Assembly: GCA_036172245.1 (NCBI GenBank)
Contig: JAYWIR010000036.1
Span: forward strand, 62,001-126,000
Direction of reading: 5' to 3'
Length of the DNA stretch: 64,000 nucleotides
Source of the DNA: Raillietiella orientalis
Lineage: Eukaryota
Every line of letters begins with the position of its first letter. The stretch's first letter is position 1. Below the pieces are notes generated by a model. That model was given only the letters and a program-made list of their open reading frames with translations, was not told the DNA's origin and made no database searches. A program made the position numbers and the translations under genes. This document shows, in pieces, positions 24,301 to 36,960 of this stretch.

Positions 24301-27300
24301 AAGGTCGTTTTTGAGGGGAGAGGAATAAATAGAAGCTAAATTCCATGCTGAAGAAAATGCATGCATTGTTTAGAATAATGCTTATAAGTTCATTTTTAGA
24401 CCTCAGCCAATTATTCCACTGTAGAGTCATGAATATCCATATTTTATAACTGCTTGAGAAATATTGGTCATTTCTTACTTGGAGCTTAATTCTCAGTGCT
24501 TTTGTGCACCATGAATTAATCAAACCATCGAATTACTATAAAGATGTGTGTATTTTTGTTATATGAATTGGCTCGTATCCATTTTTTTTTGTCAGTAGGA
24601 AGGCATTGTTTCGTGGTCTGCTGACCACTGTATTGCACATACAAGGGGTGAGTTGGTGCACCCTGTATCATGACTGTAGGACTACATGTGTGAACTTGGT
24701 GAAGAAAAGGATGCTTTCTGATTTCATTATGAAATGATTTCGCTTTAATTATGAAAAATTAATCATGTGTTTTCCTAAACTGAGAAATCAGAAGTTCTTT
24801 GTGCAGTGGTGTTTTTGTTCGTAATTAAATGTTATTATGTGAGTAGTATTATGTAAATATTATTGTGTTGAGGCTCTGATTTAGAAACTCCTGGTACTGT
24901 TAATAAAAATTCATACCACAGTTGATTGATACTGCTAATACTGCTAATGTCTAAAGTGATTAAATATGAATTTGATTGCATTCATTTTCAAGACATTATG
25001 CTGCTTATTTAGATTAAAATGATAAGTGTTACTCTCTGATATATTTTAGGATTCCGAAAAGTTAGCTAAAAATGTAAGTCCTGTTAAAAGTAGGCAAGCT
25101 TATAGGTGTACCTGTGATTGCCTGAACAAAAAACCAAGACCTTCTGCAAAGGGTAAGCAATTCGTGTATTACTTTGTAATGCAAGTTTTACATTCAGAGG
25201 ACTCTAACAAAAAAAGTGGGAAATTATATGACCAGCTTTACGATGTTTACTGTAAAGTACTTTCCGAAATGTCCCTCAGCTCAAAAGTTCGTGCAGTTCC
25301 AAAGGTGCCTACCAAAGAGGAGAAATTCATTTGCTTGTGTGGGAAAAGTAGGATTCTGTGTGGTGCACCCAAGCATAAACAGCTAGTGCAATGCATAAGT
25401 TGTCATCATTACCAGCATGCTTGCTGTGTAAATTATAATGAAAGTAGCAACATGGATTATTTTTGCCCCCAGTGTTGGAAAACCATGGTGAGTAAAATTT
25501 ATATGCTTCTAATAGGTTGCACGTTAAAATCATCGTGGGCCATTGTATTCTTATTTTCTTTTGCATATCCAATTTTTTTTCTTTTTGTTGTTTCATTCAT
25601 CTGTGCATAGTTTAAGTATTTGCTGCGAACATGTGAATGAAGAGGCTAACCTCAAAGGGAGATCTTCGAAGGATCGGGAAATAATAAAATAGGAATCGTC
25701 ATCGATTGCCAAAGAGAAAAGCACACTTATTTGAATCAGAGGCAATTTTTGGTATCGTGATTTATTGCAAAAAGTATTTAGGAGGACAATTCACTGCTGA
25801 TTTGCTGCTGATAGCTTCACCTTTTGGGATGATAATACAATGAAGGAAGCTTCCTCTGTAAATTTTAGGATTCGAGTTCCTTTTTCTCACGGTATTTGTT
25901 TCTCTGAGTGACAATTTGTATTGGAAAGTTGCAACATTTTGTTTACAAGTTGCTGTTTACTATCCATGTTAGCAGATCAGTTGAATCTGATAATAAAATA
26001 AAGGCAGAGAATTCGATTGTACATGTTCAGTGCTTCATTTTTTAAAATAGCAGGCAACTTTCGCACAGAAACGAAGTGGAAGAACTGCACCATCGCGGGA
26101 GCATGTGCGTCCACGATAAGAACTATTTTCAAGCTGCTGATCAGATTAACTGATTTGAAGCTGGAATGGAGAAGCAGTTACGTTTAGTTGGTAGGTTGAA
26201 GAATATGAAAACATGCAGTGGATTCTTCTTTAGAATTGTAAGGATTTAGCATAAGAAACTCGAGTCGAAAATGTTTTCCTTTTGCATGTAAAGCGAATTT
26301 TGAGCTCATGGAAGTTATTGCACAAAAAGAGCAAAAAGTTACTCGTGTCACAAACATTCGTTGTTTGGTATCCAGCTTTTGGTTGCTGTAGTATCTGGAA
26401 CGAGTACCGTCTTCGCAGATGGACCACTTCTCTTGTCTAGTGTTCCGTCTCGCCAGATCGTGAATTGACAGTTTGGAATAGATATGCCTCATATTTTTGT
26501 TTTGCACTCTTGCCGAAAGTACTAGGAAAGCTATTAGCCCAGTGGGAAAGCAGCACGTGCATCCTGTCATTTCTCGACCCAGCGTATGAGAGGTTGTGCT
26601 ACCACAGTTGAATTTTGTTAAAAATCAAACCTAAGTGCTTGTGATCAAACAGAAGTATGGGTATTCTTCCCATCGAGTTTATCGTTCACATCCACACATC
26701 ATCAGTTCGAATTCTCATTCCGTTGTTTCGTCTGTCCGTACTTTTCGGCGACTCTGTGTCTGACCGTGGATAGCAGAGGATCAAGCAAAAGAACTCGGAT
26801 AGAATTTCCAAGGAAGAGCGGGCGTTTTTCTTGGATCCTTGGAAGCAAACTGCCGACGAAAGTTGGTGTAAAACTTCAAATGAAAGAATGCTGAGCAAAG
26901 CTTTAAAAAGACCGATAGGTGAATGCCTCTTTTGTGAGAAACGCCAGCAGTGTGAAGAGGAGGCAGAACTGTCCATTATAAAATGAGCAACTTTTTGCTT
27001 TGGGGAAAAGCTAATTCAAATGGAAGAGCTGATGGCTGTCGACTTTCCGTGTCGGCAGCCTTGCGACTCCGGAAAACGCCGCTGAAACCGTTTGCTCGGA
27101 GTTCTGGAGGTTATTCGTTGTGCTTTTTACTGAACATCTGATTCTTAGCGGTTGGTAGAAGTTGGAATCGAAGAAGTAGACTCACTTTCAAAAGAGTCAA
27201 GGCGTCACGGGAAACTCTCAGTTTGAGAATCTGGATACGTGCATGTTGAAGGAGGGATGGTTTCCAGCTATGGAGTGTGAAACCCTCGTGACCCGGAACT

Positions 27301-30300
27301 CATCGTTGTGGCTCTCACCCGACGAATGGTCGTTATTCTTTTTCAGCCAATTTTCTGTTCGAGGATTTGATCCGAGAAACTCTACTGCTTGGAGACAGTA
27401 AAGGGGGAGTGCTTTTGGCGAATACTACTCGAATTATTCTATCGGAAGCACCGTAGACCGAATTTGCGTTTCCGAAACATGGAGCCAGATTTTCGGTTTT
27501 TTTCCGTGGCGCTTACTTTTTATTTTTGGATTTTTTATGCCTATTTTCTTTTTGGTTGTTAATGGGATAAAAAAGATCAAGCTTTCTGAATTGGGTATTC
27601 ATTTTTATACCGTTATTAGACGTTGTAATGCCTTCACTCTTAACAAGAATTTAAAAAAGTAAAAACAAATGTGCTATGCGTTGACCACTTCACTGTAGAG
27701 ACCGAAAGGGGACTGCTATGGAGTGGTCACTCTATGGAGGCTCTGCTGTATGTATGAAGCTTTTTTTAACCCTTTTCGATTCACAATGTTTTATTTGCGC
27801 AGCCACCGGTGCCAAGCAGATGCACCCTAATTGTTTGCCCCAGAAGCATCAACAAGCAGTGGAAGGACGAAATAAAGAAACACGTTGCAAACAGCTGCTT
27901 CAAGGTGTTGACTTACGAGTAAGGCATCAGGAAAAGAGAAGGGGGCCGACTTTACATGGGTTACGGTTTGCCAGCGGAGTCACTTCGAACTACCAGCAGC
28001 CTCATTACATCGCCAACCATGACGTGGTGCTGGTCTCCTACGAAGTCTTCAAGAAGGAGATCCATCACATGGCGCTTGACTCCGACGAGCGTAGAAGGTC
28101 AGTGATTTGGTGTCAGCGGTTTGCAATGAACCGAGGTCCTCGCAGTCGGCAAATGAAGCGGTACATGATAGCCACCTCCCCCTTGTTGAACGTACGTTGG
28201 TGGCGTGTTGTGCTAGACGAAGGCCAAATGATAGAGAAGTGCGTGGGAGTCTATGCCCAAGTGACATCACAGCTGCAGACAGTGAATCGCTGGTGCGTCA
28301 CAGGAACTCCTATCCAAGAGTCAATTCAAGGTACGTGCCTCTTCCGTCTTCCCGCATACCAAATTCTTGAGGGACGTTTGGCCTTTTGTACCCTCATTCT
28401 TCCGTGCGGCTTTCTTAGAGAGTAATGGTTATATATGGTGGACCACGGATCTCCTTGATCAAGTACGAATTTCGGTGGATTTTTTGTTTGCCAAATAGGA
28501 TTTCTGGTTTCTTGTGTTTTCCATCAGGCAGAGGCATGAGCTCAAAGTCGGCCATCGGTCATGAGGGCCAGCGTTGACTGAGTTGCTGAGCACAACCACT
28601 CGCACATGTCTGCAGCTGCCGTAGTCTTTCCATTTGCGATGGCGCGGTTGGGCGAACTGTTCCATGACATATTGTACGTATACATACGTGTTGTTCGCGT
28701 GGTCTGGGTCACGAATTACTTTGCGTTCTACGTATCGAATGGCAATCATCGTGTTGCTTTGAATGCAGCGGCTGTTTTCCTTCGACCCAGATTTTTTTGT
28801 TCCCCAGTGTGCCTGTTGTTCTACGAAACTCTCGTTGCCCACTCCCCAACATCCCTGTACCACATGAATTTCTGCCTTCTCTCGTCTTCAGTTTAGTAAC
28901 TTTCTGTTTCTGTGAAAAAACTAAAAACTGTTAAAATGAGTCTCTTCTAGATATACAAGGATTATTATCTTTCCTGCAAATGGATCCTTACTACCACCAA
29001 CACTGGTGGGACGTGTTGGTGCACGAACCATTCCGTCAGAACGATTTCAAGCCGTTGCAGCGCATCCTTTCGGAAGTCATGTGGCGGACGTTGAAGAAAG
29101 ATGTGTTGGATCAGGTTAGCGCGCCTTCACACGTTGTGAATGGCACTGCGTGCTAAAGGGAGAAGAGAAATAATTTGGGGTTTGCCTAGATGGCCGTGCC
29201 TCCCCTCACCGAAGAGATCCACTTTTTGAATTTCGCCCCGGTAGAGGAGTACATTTACAGGAACCAGCACATAGAGTGCTCAAAAGGCATCTTGACGTCT
29301 CTATCTGGTTTCTTGGACGAAGGCGAGAAGATTGAGAATGTGGATAAAGTTCAACTGAACTTGGTTGGTTTCGTTTGGAAAGAGATTTCTTACCTTGAGC
29401 TGCACGTCGAAGGTGATGTCCCATCTTCTCGCTCTTCGGCAGGCGTGCTGCCATCCCCAGATTATAAGCGGTTATTTTTTGCCCATGCACAAAACCGCCG
29501 TGTCAATGGAGGACCTTCTTGCTTCTTCGATCAGCAGAATGAACGTTCATTGCGTGGAAGCCCACCGTTCAGTTGTCGCTTCCCTGAACGGTAAGTTGTG
29601 ATGCAGTGTGGGAAAGGGACGGAGGGAGGGGGGTAAAAGAAAATGACGACGGACGGATCCTCGTTACTCGTGCGCAGGCTTAGCTGGGGTCCACATCATT
29701 CAGCAAGAGTCGACCAGAGCAGCTGAAAAATATAAGGAAGTGCTGTCCTCCATCAAAGAACATGAAGGCAAGATCAAGACGGATTTGCTGCAGGTGCGTC
29801 CAACCCAACAACTGCTTCCTTCCCACTTATCACCATTCGAATAGGAAGTGCACACCTTAGTAAACCTCGACGAGCTTTTGCAGGCCCATCCTGAGGTTCC
29901 TCCCGAGGCTAGCCACACGGAATTGCAGGCGAAAGCCGACGCCGTCCGTCACTCCTATTTGAAAAAGTACACAGGAGAGGTAAATAGAAAGTGATCCGGT
30001 GGGAGGTGGCAGCAGATCTCTGCCAGGCGCGAGAGACCGGTTGAGCGTTCTTCTCCTCGCATATTTCGTGACGCGGCCGCCTGGCGTTCTTGCCGCAGTA
30101 CGAAGCTCTGCGCCGTAATGCACAGCTCCCTGCGTTCCGCAGCGTTTTGCTCTTTGCGCGAAAGGGTGGATGCGGAATCTTTGGAATCGATTGCGCTCTG
30201 GGAGGAAAGTTTTTTTTTTTTTTTTTTTTCCATCTTTCTTTCTACCCGAACTTGTAAACCTTAACCCGCCCCTTGACTCTTGAAGTAGAGAACTTTGCAT

Positions 30301-33300
30301 GGTACCCGAAAGTTCGATAAGGCATCCTTTGGTTTAATGCTCTTACTGTTGATGACCTCGTGGTATTTTGCATCATCCTTGACTTTTGATGAAGTTTTCC
30401 TGAGCTGCCTGCAAAAATGCAGTAAATATTCCTTGGCAGCAATATATCCATGATCATGCTTAGTGGACCTCGTCGATTACTTGCTTGCTTGCGTGTACCT
30501 CGACCAGTTTGCCCAAACATCCTTGTGTTTGCTCCGAAAACTATCAAATTTTACATCTGAAAACACTCGGTGCTCTCCTTCGCCGAACAGCCCATTTCCC
30601 CAGGATCAGTCGATGACGCCATCCCTATACTGGCTTAAGACTCTCCCATGCACAAGAAACCTCGGACCGGGACATCCCCAACTTTTCTACGACGTTTTTT
30701 CGCAGTGAAGAAAGCACCCGGGGAGATGGTGGGCGGTCTGACTCATGTCGGTCACTCATTCAAGCTCGCAAGCACGTCCGGTCTCGACTCCAGAATTCTC
30801 ACTGCGTCTTCCGCTCCGTGCTATCCTGTATGTCCATGATGTGAAGGGAAACAGCTCAGACCTGCCGGAGTCAGCCGGCTGGAGACCGCTATCCTGCTCC
30901 ATGTCTCCGGTCAGTGTAGTGGCAAGCCATCTCTCTAAGGAGTCGGATGCCCGCGGTGAAGGGATGTTTCCTTGGAACACCACCGAATGAGAGACACCCC
31001 GGTGTCTGGGCACACCTTGACATGTGGGTCCTTTTTTCTCAAATGCCAGTGCCCGCTGGGGCGTGGCGTCCACCCTCTTCAGCCTCCCCTCGAAAGTTGG
31101 GCAGTCTCTCGAGCTAGCAGACGCATCTCTCATGCCTTCTCGTGCTTTTCCCGAGGATCCGAACTTCTAGTCGTGGCCTCTTCTTCATCTCCGCGTGGTC
31201 GAAAGCACTCCACTTCAGTAGCGCCGGCGTCTTAGCTCGCGCTCTTGGCGTTGAGTCTTTCTAGACGTAGGCGTCAGTGCGGTCGAGTTTGACTGCGGTC
31301 AACCCTTGCTGGTGTTTTACATCCCGGGTTTCCGAACAGACTTTCCTGCGGTGTGTGCCAGCTGTAAGGTCATCTTCAGCCGAAACGTTGAGGGTCACCA
31401 GCGCAGATTCTCTGTAAGGCGTCACGGTTCGGGTTGCGTTCTCTTGGGATACACGCCGACTCTGTGACCAGGTTGAGCGACTCAGTGAAATCCGTGGTGC
31501 ATGGAATTTTGTCTAAACCGAGAGAAAAGTTGTGTGATTGCTGTGCGAAGCAACCGGCTGTGCTCTGTGAATTCGTGATCCACCAGTCGTATTTTACCCA
31601 TGCTCTCACTTTGCAAGGTGGAAAACTCCCTGAAGCAACTCGAGGCGATGAGCACGAAGATGCACGATCTGGAAGGCGTCGTGCGTGCTTTCAGACTATG
31701 GTGGGCGGAGAGCTTGGATGTGCTGATGACTAACCACCAGAGCATGAACCGAGTGTTGAGCTGCCTGTCGAAGAATTTTTGGAACCTCTCCGATCTGACG
31801 GAGATCTGTTACCCAGAAGAAGCCGTGAGTGACCTGTCGGATCTCGAAGACGGATTAGGAAAATTTTCCGTGAACACTGGGTATGCGACCTTGTCGGATC
31901 TTTGTGGGAGAGGAGAGGGAGGGGAAGAAAGAACCACTATCCTTGACCGAGATCCACGCTAGCCCCAAAAACCTCCGTCTGAAGAACGTTCTGTACAAGC
32001 GATTGCTTCATTCGGAGACTCTGCACGGCATTATCAAGCGACAGTTCGACAACCTCGCCGCCAGGCCACTGGAGGATCTTTTGGACAGTGCGATCGCCTG
32101 CCATCTGCGCAACCAAGTCAACACACCTGACAGACTCCGCTGCCAGCTTTGCGAGTTGGACCGACACCTGAAGGCTTACGAGTCAACCTTGTGCAGCATG
32201 GAGAAGGAAAAGTCATCTCACCTTAAGCTGGAAAAGGATCTCTTCTGCTACGGCGAGCTCAGGCGGGGGAGCTGGAAGGCCTCCGAGATCGTCGAGGCCC
32301 TCAAAGGTACCTGGTTTTTTCTTGGTTTTTTGCTTGTTGCCGTTGCTGTTCGGATTGCCGACAATGTCTTAAGTGATTCGTGTTAAGTGATTTGGCTGTG
32401 CTGCCGACGGCGCAGGAACCTCCTCCGCATCGTCACGACGGGCAAAGCCCACGTTGAGCTCCTGGAAGCGCGTCGCAGCGAGATCAGAGTAAGTGTGCAT
32501 CTCCCGTCGAAAGTTGGGCGAGGAGGAGAGGCGACAGCAGGAGACGCTTTTCACCCTTCCCCCATTTTCCAGCTTCTCTTCACGCATTGGCGTGCCCTCT
32601 ACGATCAGGTGTCCGCTCTGGACGAGCTGAACATGGCCACGCAGAGGTTCCGGCTGCGTTTTCCGGACGAGGACTTTCCGGACGGCAAAACAAAGGATTA
32701 CCATCACGTCCTCGATCCTGGCGAGGTGGACACGCACTTCCTCGATCAGGAACCAGCCTTTCCCTGACGATCCTTCCGCAGGTCCACAACGTGCGCCTGG
32801 AGCTGGAAGCGGACCTGAAGAGTGCCCGTTTCGAGCTGAGGAGGAACCTAGGACAACTGAACTACCTGGAGAACTTGCGAGCGTCCAACTATGGGGCGAA
32901 GAACAAGCACAACGTCGACCCCTGCCCCATCTGTGTCAAGGCCCTGGGCACCGCCTGGGCCGTGTTCCGCTGTGGCCATTGCTTCTGCATGGAGTGCGTG
33001 CAGATGCTGGTGAGGCAGAAGCCTCACAGATCCCCTCGTATGGCATGCCCCGTGTGCCGGGATGAGTCTTCGGTGGCGGCTATCTCCTACGTCAACACAG
33101 AGTGCCGCAGCACGTCCGAGGTCCAGGGCAGCCACTCCACCAAGATAGCTGCCGTGGTCCAGTTCCTGCTTGACATGCGGCGGGAGAAACCGGAAGCCAA
33201 AGTGCTTGTCTTTTCCATCGTGAGTTAACCTCCTCCATAACCCCCTCGCTCCCCCCTGCTGCCTCCCAATCTAAAAGCGAGGCACGTGATCACGCACCTC

Positions 33301-33858
33301 TTTCTTCTAGTGGCCCCGAATTTTGAAGTTCCTGTCCTCCGCGTTGTCAGAAAACGGCGTAAAGCATGCAGCTTCCATCAGGCACCTCCAGATGTTCAAG
33401 GTTTGACCTTCCTCCCACTATCCGCCATTTCTGGGCATTTGTGCCTTTAAGCAGTCTGACCCCACTGTCACCGCAATTCTGCTGGAGGTCAAGCAAGGAT
33501 CCAAGGGCCTGAACATCACCGAGGCGACGGAAATCGTCTTCATGGAACCGCTACTGAACCCTGCCGAGGAATCCCAAGCCATCGGCCGTATCCACCGAAT
33601 AGGCCAGACGAGGTAGGAAGAAGAGGATGCGCTTTCACTTTCAGGGAGCGAAAAGACTGCTGTTTTCACCCCCATCTCACCTCACCCTCCCTCCCTTCCA
33701 GACCCACGTGCGTGCATCGGTTCATCATCAGGGGCACCATCGAGGAGAAGCTGCACGAGATCCTCAAGGCGTACCGCGACAGCAGTTCCGTCCTGTCGGG
33801 CAAGAAGGACACGCCCCTCACCATACGCGATCTCAGGAACTTCTTCGTGGAATCTTGA
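18380..33858 (+). CDS. SHPRH: E3 ubiquitin-protein ligase SHPRH (SNF2 helicase, PHD finger, RING, helicase C)
   Basis: Phase-compatible exons: 18546-18886, 19918-20100, 21589-21789 (LRPYQVQAVKWML), 21854-22059 (GGILAEEMGLGKT), 25050-25152, 25198-25487 (PHD CLCG..CISCHHYQHACCV..CPQC), 27803-27918, 27975-28097, 28146-28330 (WWRVVLDEGQ, RWCVTGTP), 28951-29114, 29190-29363, 29413-29590 (LRQACCHP), 29678-29793, 29845-29979, 31618-31824, 31952-32306, 32388-32488, 32573-32725, 32782-33219 (RING CPIC..CGHCFCMEC..CPVC; GSHSTK), 33311-33400, 33452-33612 (QAIGRIHRIGQ), 33702-33858 (TGA). Start uncertain (ATG 18380 or 18428, both give phase-2 donors); exons before 21589 are assigned by phase only. Confidence 0.95.
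26180..27000. mobile_element. Probable PIF/Harbinger transposon remnant in a SHPRH intron
   Basis: Minus 26570->26185 gives frameshifted SIHDLAR, WSICEDG, FHELKIRFTC, TACFHILQ, resembling HARBI1-type DDE motifs (GSxHD, GDSGY, FGxLKxRFxCL, ACxxLHN); plus 26770-26990 gives RISKEERAFFLD...KTSNERML, resembling the Myb/SANT-like partner protein. TIRs not found. Confidence 0.4.
30640..31466 (-). mobile_element. Degenerate RNase H-bearing LINE fragment (I/R1-like) in SHPRH intron 29980-31617
   Basis: Minus translation QGVPRHRGVS resembles RNase H WVPxHxGI; shares 611 bp with the element at 35280-36960. Confidence 0.55.
30856..31466 (+). repeat. 611-bp direct repeat, copy 1
   Basis: tcagacctgccgg...cacgccgactctgtg; no difference seen by eye against 35425-36035; ORF track gives the same 87-aa peptide at 30972 and 35541. 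Confidence 0.97.
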
Positions 33859-34379
33859 AACAAGCTAAACGAAAACAAAAAAGAATGGACAGGTGGCTGC
33901 GGTAGTGATGGCGATGATGAACAGTCAAAGAACTCTTTTTCCGTCCATCTCTCCTGTCCTTTTCCTCGAAGTGGGGAGTTGCCATTTGTACGTGATTACT
34001 CAGGCAGTGTTGCCTTTCACGCACTTTCCCTCCCCTGGCCGTGTTGCCAAGAAGAAAGGACGAGGTACGCTTCCACCCCCTCCTCCCATCACCGATTTTC
34101 CCTCTCAGAACCCCTGATGCATCTGGGTCAGCGAGGAGCCGGAAAGAAGAATCGAATGATCTCGTGTTTTGTGAAAGCATTGCGCGCGCTTGAGCTGACG
34201 AAGCGTACGCGGCTGCTCTGTTTGTAGAACTCATGCCCCAGTTTTAATTTATTTAAACCGTGGTCATCAAAAGCACTTATTTATGGATCTTATATAACTC
34301 TCGTTTCCCTTCTTCCATTTTTATGCACATTCTATCATGATTCTTGTTCACGTATCTTTTAACACATTCGGATGTGCTA

Positions 34380-34900
34380 CTGTGCTCAAGCAAGGTCTTA
34401 TCCCATGTGGCTTCATGTTCTTCTGCCATCGTACACTCTCACCTGCAGCAGCACACCTCGAGAGTGTCTCTCAAGACCATTCGTCTTCCAGCTTCGTATA
34501 CCCCTTGTGAAGTCGTCTGTGCCCAGAACGAAGCAGGCACCCTGGAGACAGGAACGGCGGCAAGCAGCAGTCTTACTAAATTAAGCTGTTGGTCATCGCA
34601 CCGGCTGCTCCCGTCCTGCATGCGTCGTTTTGCGGCCTTTCATTTTTTTCTTTTTTTTGTTGTATCTTTCTAAGGTTGCTTGCACTTCGGCCAGCGGATC
34701 GCTATGTGTTCCACGGAGCAGTGCAGAAAGGTCGATCAGCAAGGTCACCTGTCTTGCCTGCCAGAGGCGCTATATCTTTCGCTCATTTTTTTTTTTTTTT
34801 TTGTCGTTCGAGGCAAGTCCCTTTTTTTCTGTCTCCTCTGCCCTCCTCGTGCCGCAGCCCGTACTTGGAAAGAGATCTTAGACATCTGTCGTGCCATCTT
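34380..34900 (+). mobile_element. Degenerate ORF1 (gag-like) fragment related to the LINE at 38700-43235
   Basis: 34672-34774 (aggttgcttgcacttcggcca...gcctgccagaggcgctata) aligns with 39152-39241 apart from one indel and a few substitutions. Confidence 0.7.
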
Positions 34901-35279
34901 TCCGCCTTGGCACGCTTGTCAGGATGAGGCTGCTTTTTCTGCTTCATAAATTCGAATGCCCTTCACATAGGATAACCAGCAACCCTCGCCCTTATCCTTC
35001 CGAGCCCTCTTTCCGCTCTTTGTGAGGCGATTGACTGTAATGGGACTCTTTTGTGTTTGTGCTTGCTTAACTTTCCTGCAAGGTATGGTAGGAAAATCCA
35101 GCTCTCTCCCCAATGCGAGCAGTGGTTTCCCGCGCGCGCCGGAAGATCCAAAAGCACAGTCCTCGCAGAGCCTCCTGGGCAGTCTTTTGCGTTTTTGTAT
35201 GTCTGTTTTTCCCTCTTTTTTTTTGGCAAAGATGCGAATGCACGGTACAGGTGGAGGGAAGGCGAGGTAAGGGATGTTG

Positions 35280-36960
35280 GAGCTAAGCCGTGCTCTCTTT
35301 CCAAGAAGGCAGGCAGTGAAATTTTGTCATCCGAGATGCTTCGTGCTACCGCATCGCGTCCGTCTTCGGCGGCGAGCTCCTCATGGAAAGCATGCCTCAG
35401 ATGTGAAGGGAATGGGCTCCTGTTTCAGACCTGCCGGAGTCAGCCGGCTGGAGACCGCTATCCTGCTCCATGTCTCCGGTCAGTGTAGTGGCAAGCCATC
35501 TCTCTAAGGAGTCGGATGCCCGCGGTGAAGGGATGTTTCCTTGGAACACCACCGAATGAGAGACACCCCGGTGTCTGGGCACACCTTGACATGTGGGTCC
35601 TTTTTTCTCAAATGCCAGTGCCCGCTGGGGCGTGGCGTCCACCCTCTTCAGCCTCCCCTCGAAAGTTGGGCAGTCTCTCGAGCTAGCAGACGCATCTCTC
35701 ATGCCTTCTCGTGCTTTTCCCGAGGATCCGAACTTCTAGTCGTGGCCTCTTCTTCATCTCCGCGTGGTCGAAAGCACTCCACTTCAGTAGCGCCGGCGTC
35801 TTAGCTCGCGCTCTTGGCGTTGAGTCTTTCTAGACGTAGGCGTCAGTGCGGTCGAGTTTGACTGCGGTCAACCCTTGCTGGTGTTTTACATCCCGGGTTT
35901 CCGAACAGACTTTCCTGCGGTGTGTGCCAGCTGTAAGGTCATCTTCAGCCGAAACGTTGAGGGTCACCAGCGCAGATTCTCTGTAAGGCGTCACGGTTCG
36001 GGTTGCGTTCTCTTGGGATACACGCCGACTCTGTGGTCGATCCTGGGCCTTGAAGGTTTGCCCATCTGAATTGGTTCGCCGCACAAAAGGCTTTCTCTAC
36101 CGAAGACTTCTGCAAGTCCGAAATCGCTAATGCCCTTCCGAGAAATTGTCCCTGAAGCTCCGGTTGCTATACGTAGCGATTTTTTCAAGCTCTGTTAGGA
36201 TCGTACACCACCTGTGTCGGAGGTGGGGTTCCGCAACCAATAGCCAAATGAGACTCATTGCATAGACAATGGACAGGATGTCGGACGCAGCTAGGTGATT
36301 TTGGTTCATGGAATATTGTTTGTAAAATTCCTTTTGCGACAACTTGAGACTAGAGACTATGCCGTTATCTGCGTTAATGTGGAATTAATGGCATGGACCG
36401 AAGAACACGCCTCCCTGACTCCGCATGTGGGAATCCTAACTCAACGAAAATGCTTTCGGTGCTTCAAATGATGGAATCTGACGTCTTGAAAGATGTGCTG
36501 CGCATTGGCTTGAACATCATCTTACAGCTCGAATCGAAAATTCGCATCCTCTTCGAATATATGGAAGGCTGGATTCTCTAAACTAGATAGATATACAGCG
36601 GTTTCAGCACAGAACGAAGTGTACCCATGCACTTGTGGTCCAGTGGCGTCGCTGCGATATCGACTGTCATCCCTCCATCGACCGTTGTGTTAAACAGAGG
36701 AAAAGATCTTGGATGGGTAGGCGGTGGGCACTTGTGGAAGTAGATCGAGTCGATGCTTCCTCTGATTCGCCTGATCATATTGATGAACCTCACCACTCCG
36801 TAGGCACAATTTGGAGAGATGAACAGAATAGGGGCAGGAGCATCGCTGTTCCAAAGTTCTTGTAGTGGTGCCGGTGAATGCTAATGCAGATGGGAAGAAC
36901 TGCCTCTCCCCGGCGCATAACGAAGAAGTTTCCCCCAAAATGAATCAATCACATGCGCGG
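35280..36960 (-). mobile_element. Degenerate I/R1-like LINE, RT-thumb plus RNase H region
   Basis: Minus strand: APILF-like RT motif (~36830), SLRIATGASGT (thumb LRxATGAxxT, ~36170), QGVPRHRGV (RNase H-like); many stops and frameshifts. Confidence 0.6.
35425..36035 (+). repeat. 611-bp direct repeat, copy 2
   Basis: Same sequence as 30856-31466, offset 4569 bp. Confidence 0.97.

Noticed and set aside
28459..28863. 134-aa antisense ORF in a SHPRH intron
   Set aside because: No recognisable motif or splice structure; cannot be supported as a nested gene.
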